A stretch of DNA of 64,000 nucleotides, taken from an uncultured bacterium. Lineage in GTDB: Bacteria > Desulfobacterota_D > UBA1144 > Nemesobacterales > UBA2774. Each line of letters opens with the position of its first letter. Position 1 is the stretch's first letter. The position numbers were made by a program, and so were the translations under genes. Below are positions 52,621-62,662 of this stretch, piece after piece. The notes under the pieces are model-generated. The model made no database searches. It was not told the DNA's origin and saw nothing but the letters and a program-made list of their open reading frames with translations. The stretch covers positions 96,001-160,000 of the forward strand of contig CAVPJU010000010.1 of assembly GCA_963705505.1 (NCBI GenBank), given 5' to 3'.

Positions 52621-53070
52621 ATGGAGAAGGTAGTCTGCACACATCCCAGAGCCAAGAGGGATTACGACATTGAGGAGAATTACGAGGCCGGCATCGAGCT
52701 CAAGGGCTCCGAGGTAAAATCACTTCGCGAAAATCAGGCGAGCATAAAGGAGAGCTTCGCCATGATAAGGGACGAGGAGGTCTTCCTCGTCAACAGCTAC
52801 ATAGCCCCTTACGAGGCTGCGAACATATTCAACCACGACCCGCGCAGGGAAAGGAAGCTCCTCCTGAACAAACGGGAGATCAGCCGGCTCATGGGCAAGA
52901 CCCTGATAAGGGGATACACGCTCATCCCCTTGAAGATTTATTTCAAGCGGGGGAAGGCGAAGGTCGATCTGGCGCTCGGGAAGGGTAAGAAGGTCCACGA
53001 TAAAAGGGACGACATTAAGAAGAGAGAGGCGGACAGGGAGATGGAGAAGGCTATGAAGAGGCGTTACTGA
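52621..53070 (+). CDS. smpB: SsrA-binding protein
   Basis: EAGIELKGSEVKSLR, RERKLLL, GKGKKVHDKR. Confidence 0.98.
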   Translation: MEKVVCTHPRAKRDYDIEENYEAGIELKGSEVKSLRENQASIKESFAMIRDEEVFLVNSYIAPYEAANIFNHDPRRERKLLLNKREISRLMGKTLIRGYTLIPLKIYFKRGKAKVDLALGKGKKVHDKRDDIKKREADREMEKAMKRRY

Positions 53071-53206
53071 TCCTGTTAAGTGCCCTAAAAGTAAGGTAAA
53101 CTAAGTACGGATCCTGAACAAGTGAAGGGATTGACATTATCGAAATAATAATTATTGTATCAGAATGAGTTACACTGCATTATTGAAGCATCACATTCTT
53201 TGACAC

Positions 53207-53562
<356 letters not shown>

Positions 53563-53749
53563 CCCTTCGCTCTTCGAGCTTCGGGTGGCTTACGCCGCGA
53601 AGCAAACCCGGGCTTACACTGTAAAGACATTTAAGAATAGTGCTAAAGAAGGGTGGTGTCGCCCGTAGCCTTTAATTCCCAGAAGCTTTTTCGGTCGAAG
53701 TAGAACTTCAGCGTAGGGGAGACTTCAATATTATTAGAGAACGAAAAAC

Positions 53750-53992
53750 ATGTTCTATGTATATCTGATCAAGAGCGAATCTCATCCGGACCAACGATAC
53801 ATAGGTTCTACCAAGGATTTAAAACAACGTCTAGAAGCACATAATTCAGGCAAATCAAAGCATACTCGCAAAATTTGTCCATGGAAACTTGTAACCTACC
53901 ACGCTTTCTCCGACAAACTTAAAGCACAGGAGTTCGAACGCTATCTGAAATCCGGTTCCGGACAGGCGTTTGCCAATAAGCGCTTCTGGTGA
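53750..53992 (+). CDS. Small stand-alone GIY-YIG nuclease
   Basis: YVYLI..RYIGST..LKQRL..HN.G.S..T...PWKLV..FERYLKSG. Confidence 0.92.
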   Translation: MFYVYLIKSESHPDQRYIGSTKDLKQRLEAHNSGKSKHTRKICPWKLVTYHAFSDKLKAQEFERYLKSGSGQAFANKRFW

Positions 53993-54025
53993 TGAAACGC
54001 GTTAAACAGTTTCAATCATGGCTTC

Positions 54026-54527
54026 TTACAAAGTCTTTACAAAAGCGACCAGCTGATCGAGGGCTGTACCCCATCCTTCGTGAAATCCTCTTTCCTCGTG
54101 GACCTTGCGGCTTTCCTCGTTGGGGTGAAGCGCGATAGCCGTATACTTCGTCCCGTCTTCGTGCGACTCCAGTATAATTATCGCGGTGAAGAAGCTGTCT
54201 ATACAGTCGTTCGGCTGATTCGGACGGCCGATAGCCTTGCTCGAGCGCGTCGGTCCAGACGAGCTTTTCGTTCTCGACGACTTCCAGGTAACAGCCGGTA
54301 TTAGGATGATCCACACCTTCAGGCGAGCGCATAACCGTGCGGAATACCCCGCCCGGGCGCAGATCGATCTCACACTCTACTGTCATCCACGGTACGGGCG
54401 TAAACCATTTCATCAAGTACTCGGGCGTTGTCCAAGCCTTCCAGACGAGCTCTCTCGGCACATCGACTATTCGCTCGAGAACGAGGTCGAGCCGGGGATC
54501 GGGTTTATATTTTGTACGTGTCATCAC
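54026..54527 (-). CDS. SRPBCC/AHSA1-like protein (+1 frameshift ~54221)
   Basis: [28 protein letters not shown]-terminal [13 protein letters not shown] in the next frame. Confidence 0.9.
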
Positions 54528-54859
54528 TTTTTCTCCTTTAGTTCCTTTAGGTAATTGTCCAATTGATCCAGCCGCAGCTCCCAAAGCACGCGCCGCTTCT
54601 CTATCCAGTTCTCCGCAGCTTTAAGCGGCCCGGGCGTCAGCCGATATGTGCGTATCCGTCCCTTTTTTTGCGAGCGGACTAACCCGCACTCCTCCAGAAC
54701 ACCCAGATGCTGGATGAAAGAGGGTAACGCCATATCGAATGGGCGTGCCAGCTCGCTCACCGGAGCCGGGCCGTCGCTCAGCCGCGTTAAAACGGCACGG
54801 CGTGTAGGATCGGATAAAGCGTGAAAAACTCGGTCGAGCTGAACAGTATTGTTAGGCAT
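54524..54859 (-). CDS. ArsR/SmtB-family transcriptional regulator
   Basis: [40 protein letters not shown]. Confidence 0.93.
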   Translation of the reverse strand: MPNNTVQLDRVFHALSDPTRRAVLTRLSDGPAPVSELARPFDMALPSFIQHLGVLEECGLVRSQKKGRIRTYRLTPGPLKAAENWIEKRRVLWELRLDQLDNYLKELKEKK

Positions 54860-54896
54860 ACACCTAACTATAAATCAGAGCTGATACTTATGTCAA
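54851..54896 (-). promoter_or_regulatory. arsR promoter and operator palindrome
   Basis: Minus strand TTGACA-N18-TATAGT ending 7 nt before the ATG; GTTAGG-N6-CCTAAC palindrome overlaps the start codon. Confidence 0.6.
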
Positions 54897-54930
54897 TGCC
54901 TAAGTTATTTTTGAAGCTCCAGGGAGAGGA

Positions 54931-55123
54931 CGACGGCTCCTTAAACCCCGCTCGCGGGTTTAAATGAGGCGACATCAAAGCGGGCTGGTCTCCGGGCGAC
55001 GCACTGAACGCCTGAGGACGAGAAAACATTCGGAGCTGGCGGTGAAAACCCTGTCTATCGGTAACTTCACTGCGAGAACTAATGATAGACTAAGCATGTA
55101 GAGGCCTTGTGAGTCTCTTTCTC
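54931..55123 (+). repeat. 193-bp internal duplicate of ssrA (copy of 53338-53530)
   Basis: Alignment by eye shows one mismatch (CCC vs CTC); lacks both tRNA-like ends and the tag ORF. Confidence 0.95.
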
Positions 55124-55239
55124 TTGACAACAGTCTTTTTTACTGAAGAATCATCAGGAAACCACGCGTTAACACCCATGAACGTTCTTACAAAAGCATT
55201 TAATCCGCCAGTACGGTATAACCTGCCGAAAACTTTGTC

Positions 55240-55449
55240 ATGCAATAATCCAAACTTAAAAACAGCTAAAAGCTTGAAGAAAACCCGTCGGGATAACGGC
55301 ATCTCGCCAGACGGCCTGTCCATACCGCCGGATTCGCCGCTTAATACCGTCGTTACTGTGGAATCCGGCGCAAATTCGGATACAACTATTGAAACCCTTC
55401 ACAAATCGCAAAAGCGTTTGATGTCGGCGTTGATGATTTAATCAAATAA
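55240..55449 (+). pseudogene. Decayed XRE/Cro-family HTH regulator
   Basis: TAKSLKKTRRDNGISPDGLS...LNTVVTVESG....TIETL, then IAKAFDVGVDDLIK* in another frame; Pro substitutions in the HTH helices. Confidence 0.7.
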
Positions 55450-55453
55450 GAAT

Positions 55454-55993
55454 ATGTTCAGACTTTATTACAAAATTTTTTCGACTCCGAAGACGGTCAT
55501 AGATGTTCGGTCGTTGCGGTGCGATGCGGACATTAACATCATAGGGAAAAAACTTGAAGCCATAGTACAGCGGTCATTTCGCGGCTCGCTCGCGATCCGG
55601 GCCGTCGATGCCGGATCGACCAACGCGTGCGAGCAGGAGCTTACCGCGCTTGGCAACTCCTATTACGACATCGAAAGGTTCGGCATCCGTTTTGTGGCTT
55701 CCCCAAGGCATGCGGACATGCTGATGGTTACAGGCCCCGTTACCAGAAACATGAAAGAAGCGCTCGTAAGGACATACGAAGCCGTTCCTGATCCGAAAAT
55801 TGTCGTGGCACTTGGCAATGACGCGATAGACGGAGGCATTTTTAAGGGTTCTTACGGAGTCTTGGACGGAGTGCACAATGTCATTCCCGTGGATTTCCAA
55901 ATTCCCGGAGACCCGCCGTCTCCGAGAATAATACTTTGCGGCTTGCTGCAAATCCTTGAAATGCTTGATTCTCGCGCCAAGGCTGCTCAATAA
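55454..55993 (+). CDS. NuoB/HyfI-like small subunit of an Ehr/Hyf-like complex, lacking 3 of 4 Fe-S cysteines
   Basis: DAGSTNACE, ASPRHAD, VTGPVT, ALGNDA, IPGDPP (canonical GSCNGCE / GxCA / PGCPP). Confidence 0.9.
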   Translation: MFRLYYKIFSTPKTVIDVRSLRCDADINIIGKKLEAIVQRSFRGSLAIRAVDAGSTNACEQELTALGNSYYDIERFGIRFVASPRHADMLMVTGPVTRNMKEALVRTYEAVPDPKIVVALGNDAIDGGIFKGSYGVLDGVHNVIPVDFQIPGDPPSPRIILCGLLQILEMLDSRAKAAQ

Positions 55994-55995
55994 AT

Positions 55996-58041
55996 ATGTT
56001 TAGCACGCTCATTTCATCAAATATATTTTTTCTGTCACTCCTCTTATGGATAGCAGGGGCGGTCGGGGCTTTGGTTTTGAGCAAAAATGACCGCTTGGCA
56101 AACTGGTGGGGAAATTCTTTTGCGATTCTCGGATCCTGCGTTGGATTATCGTTTTCTCTGTCGGTGCTGATTCTCGGCTCCACATTTTCTTTTAACATCG
56201 ACTCCACTCTGCCTCTTCTGTCGTTATCTTTCAGCGTGGATAAATTATCCGCTTTTTTCATTTTCGTTATTTCGCTCATCGCTTTATTTGCTTCCATTTA
56301 TGCACTGGGATACGTAAAGCATTATTACAAAAAATATAATATCGGCGCGCTCGGCTTTTTTTATAATACTTTCCTGGCCGGAATGGTCATGGTCGTCAGC
56401 GCCCACAACGCCCTTTTCTTTCTCGTCGTCTGGGAAATAATGTCTCTCGCCTCGTATTTCCTTGTCATTTATGAAAACAAGGAAAAAGAAAATGTGCAAG
56501 CGGGATCGCTTTATTTCATTATGACCCACGTCGGAACGGCCTTCATAACGCTGGCTTTTTTACTCTTGTACCTTGCTACCGGGTCTTTAGACTTCGGCGT
56601 AATAAAAGAAACTATCGGAAACAGCTCGCCGCTCATAACCAATACGGTTTTCGTTCTTGCGCTTATAGGGTTTGGGACCAAAGCGGGCATTATCCCTTTT
56701 CACATCTGGCTGCCGAACGCTCATCCCGCCGCCCCGTCTCATGTTTCCGCCCTGATGTCAGGTGTGATGATCAAGACAGGCATCTATATGTTTATCCGGA
56801 TGTTCATGGATATACTGCCGGACGCGCCGCTCTGGTGGGGAGTCGTTATTTTGATACTGGGCGCTATATCATCGCTGTTAGGGGTTTTGTATGCTCTCAC
56901 CGAACACGATATCAAAAGACTTCTGGCTTACAGCAGCATCGAGAATATCGGGATTATTTTGTTGGGACTCGGCAGCTCCCTTGTGTTTTGGTCGCTGGAT
57001 ATGAAGCCGCTGGCCGTCCTTAGCCTGGTAGCGGCGCTTTTTCATACTCTCAATCATGCGATATTCAAAGCATTATTATTCCTGGGAGCCGGTTCCGTTA
57101 TTTCCCAAACCCATACCAGAAATATGGAAGAATACGGCGGCTTGATAAAATATATGCCGCAAACTGCGCTTTTCTTTCTTGCCGGCTCGATGGCGATATC
57201 GGCACTGCCTCCTTTGAACGGTTTTTTCAGCGAGTGGATGACGTTTCAGTCTCTTTTTAGCGGGATCATGGCATCGAGTATCTCGGTGCGCTGGGTATTT
57301 TTGTTGGCGGCGGGATCGCTTGCGTTTACCGGAGGGCTTGCGGCAATGTGTTTCGTGAGAGCGTTCGGAATTACATTCCTGGCCAGACCGAGAAGCGAGC
57401 ACGTCAGGCACGCCCGAGAGTCCGGTTTTGCGCTTCGCATAGGCATGGCTGTCCTCGCGGCTCTCACTTTAATCATAGGATTTACCGCCGGCAGCATCAC
57501 AAATACGGTATCAGGTGTTGTGAGCGATTTGAGCGTCTTTAATTCTTCCGAACCGGCATTTTTTTCGAATATGTATACGGTCGGACTGCGCAGCGGCTTT
57601 GCTTCAATTTCAATGCCGCTTATCCTGGCAAGTTTTATCGTAACTATGGCATTGACGTTTTTTGCCGTGTATCTCGCCTCGCGCAACAGAAAAACGAAGA
57701 TCGGCCGCACCTGGGATTGCGGAACAACTCTTGGCCCGAGGATGGAAATCACCGGTACGGGTTTCTCCCACTCTATCGTTACTATTTTCCGCGGGGCGCT
57801 CAAGCCGACTAAGCAAACGAGCATCGAGTATCGGGATGAAGATATGCGCTATTTTCAAAAATCAAGCACGGTCGAGCTTGGCATTCAGGATATTTACAAC
57901 AGATATTTTTATCAGCCGGTGCATATGATAACCATCAAAGCTTCCGAGTATGTGAAAAGAATCCAGAGCGGCAATATCAATCTGTACGTACTGTACATAT
58001 TGGCGATACTCATTGCCCTTCTGTTCGCTTCGGGTATGTAG
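55996..58041 (+). CDS. HyfB/NuoL-like antiporter-type membrane subunit
   Basis: WEIMSLAS, KAGIIPFHIWLP.AHPAAPSHVSALMSG, KRLLAYSSIEN, WDCG. Confidence 0.92.
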   Translation: MFSTLISSNIFFLSLLLWIAGAVGALVLSKNDRLANWWGNSFAILGSCVGLSFSLSVLILGSTFSFNIDSTLPLLSLSFSVDKLSAFFIFVISLIALFASIYALGYVKHYYKKYNIGALGFFYNTFLAGMVMVVSAHNALFFLVVWEIMSLASYFLVIYENKEKENVQAGSLYFIMTHVGTAFITLAFLLLYLATGSLDFGVIKETIGNSSPLITNTVFVLALIGFGTKAGIIPFHIWLPNAHPAAPSHVSALMSGVMIKTGIYMFIRMFMDILPDAPLWWGVVILILGAISSLLGVLYALTEHDIKRLLAYSSIENIGIILLGLGSSLVFWSLDMKPLAVLSLVAALFHTLNHAIFKALLFLGAGSVISQTHTRNMEEYGGLIKYMPQTALFFLAGSMAISALPPLNGFFSEWMTFQSLFSGIMASSISVRWVFLLAAGSLAFTGGLAAMCFVRAFGITFLARPRSEHVRHARESGFALRIGMAVLAALTLIIGFTAGSITNTVSGVVSDLSVFNSSEPAFFSNMYTVGLRSGFASISMPLILASFIVTMALTFFAVYLASRNRKTKIGRTWDCGTTLGPRMEITGTGFSHSIVTIFRGALKPTKQTSIEYRDEDMRYFQKSSTVELGIQDIYNRYFYQPVHMITIKASEYVKRIQSGNINLYVLYILAILIALLFASGM

Positions 58042-58048
58042 AAACACT

Positions 58049-58975
58049 ATGTCAATTATAATTTGGACAATTCAATTAGCGCTAGTGCCGGCCGTGTCGC
58101 CTCTGTGTATCGGTGTCGTCAGAAAAATAAAGGCGAGATTTCAAAACAGAGTAGGCGCGAGCATATTTCAGCCCTATAGAGACTTGTGGAAGTTATTCCA
58201 TAAGGATGAGGTGATAAGCGAGGACGCTTCCTGGATTTTCAAATGCGCTCCCTATATTATTTTTTCAACCACAGTGATTATAGGAGCGAGCGTTCCGCTT
58301 TTTACCACAATTTTTTCCATCAATGCCCTCGGCGACCTGCTCGTCGTAATATATTTGATTGCTTTTGGAACTTTCTTTCTCGCACTTGCCGGCATGGATG
58401 TGGGGAGCGCTTTCGGAGGGTTCGGATCAAGCCGGGAAATGACGGTTGCCGCTTTAACTGAGGGCGGTTTGATGTTTTCCATTCTCGTTCCTGCGTTATC
58501 GGCTCATTCCACGAATCTTTTTGCAATCTCGGGTGCCGTCGCTTCGTTTTCGTTTTTTGCTTTTGCCCCGATGATTCTCGCGCTTGCCGCGTTCATAATC
58601 GCCATGCTCGCCGAAACGGGGCGCTTCCCCTTCGATAATCCTGCTACACACCTTGAACTTACGATGATCCACGAGGCAATGGTTTTGGAATATTCGGGAA
58701 AGAGACTGGCGCTTATCGAATGGGCGGCGGCAAATAAGTTCTTTATCTTCCTCGCATTGGGGGCAAATCTTTTCTTCCCCTGGGGGATGTCGTCATCGGA
58801 GCGTCTCGGGGATGTTCCGCTTGCCTTGATCTTGTTTTTTGCAAAAATTCTGGCGTTTAGCGTATTCGTTGCTGTCCTGGAGTCCACTATCGTCAAATTC
58901 CGGTTTTTCAGACTGCCGGATTTATTATTCACATCGTTTATTTTAAGCATCATTGCTATGAGTTTGACTATCTAA
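58049..58975 (+). CDS. HyfC/NuoH-like membrane subunit
   Basis: RVGASIFQPYRDLWKL, GSSRE, ETGRFPFD, ELTMIHEAMVLEYSG. Confidence 0.92.
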   Translation: MSIIIWTIQLALVPAVSPLCIGVVRKIKARFQNRVGASIFQPYRDLWKLFHKDEVISEDASWIFKCAPYIIFSTTVIIGASVPLFTTIFSINALGDLLVVIYLIAFGTFFLALAGMDVGSAFGGFGSSREMTVAALTEGGLMFSILVPALSAHSTNLFAISGAVASFSFFAFAPMILALAAFIIAMLAETGRFPFDNPATHLELTMIHEAMVLEYSGKRLALIEWAAANKFFIFLALGANLFFPWGMSSSERLGDVPLALILFFAKILAFSVFVAVLESTIVKFRFFRLPDLLFTSFILSIIAMSLTI

Positions 58976-58979
58976 TACC

Positions 58980-59639
58980 ATGATTCCTATTACGCCGCAA
59001 ATATTATTCTTTCTCGAGACGATGCTGTTCGCATCGGTCGTATTTATGCACATCGCCAAGAAAAATTCAGGGGTAATATTTCTTTATGCGGCACAGTCTT
59101 TGATCATAGCCATCGCCTTGTTCTATTCGTCCCTCACCGAGTACTCATTGTTGCTTGTGGTGGTGGCTGTAGCGACTTTTTTGGTCAAAGTGATAATCGT
59201 TCCGTATTTCTTTTCCGGGCTCATTAAAAAACACCGGCTGCAATTTTCCGTCAGCACTTATTTGAATACCCCTATGACGCTGATCGTCCTGGCGTTATTA
59301 ACCGCGTTTTCCTACTCGCATTTTTTCGGGCCGTTAACTATTCTCGCCCCGGATAAGGAAAACGCCTTATCGCTCGCCATAGCGATGGTGCTCATATCAA
59401 TATTTTTAATTATTAACCGCAAAGGGGCTCTGTCTCAGATGGTCGGTATTTTGTCATTGGAAAATGCCATCGTTTCATTCGCGTACGTTGCCGGGCTTGA
59501 GACAACTGCCGGGCTGCAAGTAGGCATCCTGTTCGATATTTTTATCTGGGTCGTGATCGCGACCGTTTTTGCGTCAATGATATACCGGCACTTCGGCTCG
59601 CTTAATGTGAGCATACTGAAACATTTAAAAGAGGAATAA
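58980..59639 (+). CDS. HyfE-like membrane subunit
   Basis: Hydrophobic; SQMVGILSLENAI, GILFD motifs. Confidence 0.88.
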   Translation: MIPITPQILFFLETMLFASVVFMHIAKKNSGVIFLYAAQSLIIAIALFYSSLTEYSLLLVVVAVATFLVKVIIVPYFFSGLIKKHRLQFSVSTYLNTPMTLIVLALLTAFSYSHFFGPLTILAPDKENALSLAIAMVLISIFLIINRKGALSQMVGILSLENAIVSFAYVAGLETTAGLQVGILFDIFIWVVIATVFASMIYRHFGSLNVSILKHLKEE

Positions 59640-59643
59640 CTAT

Positions 59644-61089
59644 TTGGCCTTATTTTTAATTATCATCATTCCGCTTGTAGGCTCCCTCGCATCTTTTTTT
59701 GTGAAGAAAGATGTGCGGGTGTTGAGCTTTATCGCTGTCTCCGCCTCTTTCCTGGAATTGATAGCGACAATGGTAACGGTCGCCTCGGTTATGGATAGCG
59801 GATTATATCGTTTAAACGGCTATTTTTCGGTCGACGCGCTCGGGGCCGTCATAATCACACTGGTCGCGGTCATAGGCGCCATGGCGTCGTGGTACTCGAC
59901 CGGCTATCTGAAACTTGAGGTGGCGAAAAGAATCATAGGATTCAGCAGGGTACGGCAGTATTTTATTCTGTTGCACTTATTTCTCCTGGCGATGTTTTTC
60001 GCCGTTATGTCCACGAGCCCCATTTTGACCTGGATTGCGATTGAAGCGACCACGCTCTCTACAGCGTTCCTTATCAGCTTCTATAACAAACCGTCGGCGA
60101 TAGAAGCAGCCTGGAAATATTTGATGATTAATTCGGTCGGACTGTTGCTGGGATTCTTCGGCACCTTTCTTTTCCTCTACCCGTCCATACATGCCGGTCT
60201 TCCGGGATTGATCAGCTGGCATGACATGTTATCCAATGCTTCTGCGCTCGATCCGTTTATAGCCAAGATGGCTTTCATTTTTATTTTAATCGGGTACGGC
60301 ACAAAGGTCGGCTTGGTTCCCATGCATACATGGCTGCCGGATGCCCACAGTAAAGCTCCGGCACCGATCAGCAGCCTGCTTTCGGGCGTATTGCTTAATG
60401 TCGCTTTTCTGGCGCTTTTACGGTTCAAATCCGTCGTTGATGTTGCGATAGGTCCGCATTTTTCCCGGGAGCTGCTCGTATTTTTCGGCGTTATCTCGAT
60501 CTCCGTCGCGGCTTTGATCATTTTTAGTCAAAGAAACTATAAACGGCTGCTGGCGTATTCCAGTATCGAGCATATGGGGGTTATAGCCTTAGGGTTCGGG
60601 TTCGGAGGCGCGGGGGCGTTCGCGGCTCTGCTTCATATGATCTATCACGCGCTGACAAAATCGGTTCTATTTTTATCGGCGGGCAATATATTAGTGAAAT
60701 ACGGTTCCACAAAAATAAGAAACGTGAAAGGCGTTCTGACGGTCCTGCCTGTGACCGGCGTCCTGTTTTTCATCGGATTTTTGGCAATCACCGGCGTTCC
60801 TCCGTTCGGGACATTTATAACCGAATTTTCGATATTGTCGGCGGGCATTAAGACGCATCCGACAACGGTGATTATTACCTTATCGGTGCTGGCCCTGGTA
60901 TTTGTCGGTTTTTTGCGGCATGTCGTCTCGATCACGTTTGGAAACAGCGATATTCCCATGGCAAAGGGCGAGAGCGGATTGGATACAATTGTTCCCATTA
61001 TGCTTCTGGCCGCTCTTTTAATCATTGTCAGCTTTTTCATCCCGGAGAGTATGCGGTCGTTGTTACATTCAGCGACAATAAATTACTGA
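59644..61089 (+). CDS. HyfF/NuoM-like antiporter-type membrane subunit
   Basis: WIAIEATTL, EAAWKY, GTKVGLVPMHTWLPDAHS, KRLLAYSSIEHMG. Confidence 0.92.
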   Translation: MALFLIIIIPLVGSLASFFVKKDVRVLSFIAVSASFLELIATMVTVASVMDSGLYRLNGYFSVDALGAVIITLVAVIGAMASWYSTGYLKLEVAKRIIGFSRVRQYFILLHLFLLAMFFAVMSTSPILTWIAIEATTLSTAFLISFYNKPSAIEAAWKYLMINSVGLLLGFFGTFLFLYPSIHAGLPGLISWHDMLSNASALDPFIAKMAFIFILIGYGTKVGLVPMHTWLPDAHSKAPAPISSLLSGVLLNVAFLALLRFKSVVDVAIGPHFSRELLVFFGVISISVAALIIFSQRNYKRLLAYSSIEHMGVIALGFGFGGAGAFAALLHMIYHALTKSVLFLSAGNILVKYGSTKIRNVKGVLTVLPVTGVLFFIGFLAITGVPPFGTFITEFSILSAGIKTHPTTVIITLSVLALVFVGFLRHVVSITFGNSDIPMAKGESGLDTIVPIMLLAALLIIVSFFIPESMRSLLHSATINY

Positions 61090-61093
61090 TACC

Positions 61094-62662
61094 ATGAAAC
61101 GAGAAATAATAGAAAATTATATTCCCGCTAAATTTGAGATAAGAATAGAGGGCAATGTCGTCGCCTATGATGTTCCCGTCGACGAAATATCCGTGATCGC
61201 TAACCAGCTCTATTTTGCTCACACGTTACAGCTCAAAACGATAACCGCGGCTGACGAACGTAACGAAGGCGGAGGTTTCAAGATCTACTACGTGTTTGGG
61301 GTACCTAAGGAGAATATTTTTCTCGTCCCCTACATAACCCTGACGGATCAGGAAAAGTTTCCTTCGATCACCAAAGCCATTCACGAGGCTTCCGGCTACG
61401 AAAGGAAGATCGAGAGCTTTTTCGGTTTAAAGCCGGCAAATCACCCCCATCCGCGACCGGTCATTCTTCACGAAAATTGGCCTGATACCGTTTTCCCGCT
61501 GAGAAAAGATTTTAACTGGCGGGACCGGCCGCCGGAGGCGCACGGATCGTATGAATTCCATAAGGTTGAAGGAAAAGGAATTTACGAAATTCCCGTAGGG
61601 CCCGTGCACGCCGGCATCATTGAGCCCGGGCACTTCCGATTCAACGTCGTCGGAGAGGAAATAGTGTCGCTCGAGCCGAAGCTGGGATATACACACAAAG
61701 GCGCCGAAAAACTCTTCGAGGTTTTAACGATGGAAGACAAGATCAGATTATCCGAGAGGGTTTCGGGAGATACTTCGTTCACTCATTCGCTGGCATTTTG
61801 TCAGGCCGTGGAAAGCCTGTCCGGCATTAAAATTCCTGAGAGGGCAAAGTATCTGAGAGTTGTTTTTTCCGAGTTGGAGAGACTGGCAAACCACTTGAAC
61901 GATATCGGTCTCATTATGCTGGACGCCGGCTATAATTTCGGCGGCAGCAACGGCGCTCGTCTTCGCGAAATCATTATGCAATGCTGTGAGCGTCTTGCCG
62001 GAAACCGTTTCTTACGGGGCATAAATACGATCGGCGGGGTAACGCGGGATATCACAAGCGAGATGAGCGCGGGACTCTTAAGCGACCTAAACAAAGTACA
62101 CCGGGATTTTAACGAAGTGATCGAAATCGCCGAAAGCAGCTTTTCTCTCTCGAACCGTCTTTCGGGTACCGGCAAGCTTGACCGTCAGATAGCCTTTGAC
62201 CACGGGGTTATCGGCGTAGCCGGCAGGGCAACAGGTATCGCGCACGATGCACGCATTGAATACCCCTACGCGGCGTACGACAAATTAAAATTTGAGATCG
62301 TCCTGGAAGATGAAGGGGACGTTCGGGCCAGATGGTCCGTGCGTGTCAAGGAAGTGCATTCTTCCATGAATATTATAGAGCAGGCGCTCCGGACTATTCC
62401 TTTGAACGAAGAATTAAAATCCGGCGAAAAAATGGTATTGAGGAGTCATAGCTACGGCGTCGGAGTGGCGGAAGGATGGCGGGGCGATATCGTTTATTTT
62501 GTAGCGACGGATGCAGCCGGTGAGATAAGCAGGGTAGATGTGCGCGACCCCTCATTCATAAACTGGACTGTATTGGGTCACGCGGGGAAGGGGAATGTGG
62601 TGCCCGATTTCCCCCTGATTAATAAAAGCTTCAATTTGTCGTATTCCGGAAATGATTTATAA
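61094..62662 (+). CDS. HyfG/HycE-like (NuoC+NuoD fusion) large subunit without NiFe-binding cysteines (Ehr-type)
   Basis: GPVHAGIIEPGHFRF, ELERLANHL, EGWRG, RDPSF; L1 reads ERVSGDTS and L2 reads SFNLSYSGNDL. Confidence 0.92.
   Translation: MKREIIENYIPAKFEIRIEGNVVAYDVPVDEISVIANQLYFAHTLQLKTITAADERNEGGGFKIYYVFGVPKENIFLVPYITLTDQEKFPSITKAIHEASGYERKIESFFGLKPANHPHPRPVILHENWPDTVFPLRKDFNWRDRPPEAHGSYEFHKVEGKGIYEIPVGPVHAGIIEPGHFRFNVVGEEIVSLEPKLGYTHKGAEKLFEVLTMEDKIRLSERVSGDTSFTHSLAFCQAVESLSGIKIPERAKYLRVVFSELERLANHLNDIGLIMLDAGYNFGGSNGARLREIIMQCCERLAGNRFLRGINTIGGVTRDITSEMSAGLLSDLNKVHRDFNEVIEIAESSFSLSNRLSGTGKLDRQIAFDHGVIGVAGRATGIAHDARIEYPYAAYDKLKFEIVLEDEGDVRARWSVRVKEVHSSMNIIEQALRTIPLNEELKSGEKMVLRSHSYGVGVAEGWRGDIVYFVATDAAGEISRVDVRDPSFINWTVLGHAGKGNVVPDFPLINKSFNLSYSGNDL

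Noticed and set aside
54931..55123. Second or two-piece (permuted) tmRNA gene
   Set aside because: It lacks both acceptor-stem halves, the T-arm and the tag ORF; it is only an internal copy.
55454..62662. Calling the operon a functional group 4 [NiFe]-hydrogenase / formate hydrogenlyase
   Set aside because: Both Ni-binding CxxC motifs are absent from the large subunit, and no hyp or fdh genes are adjacent.
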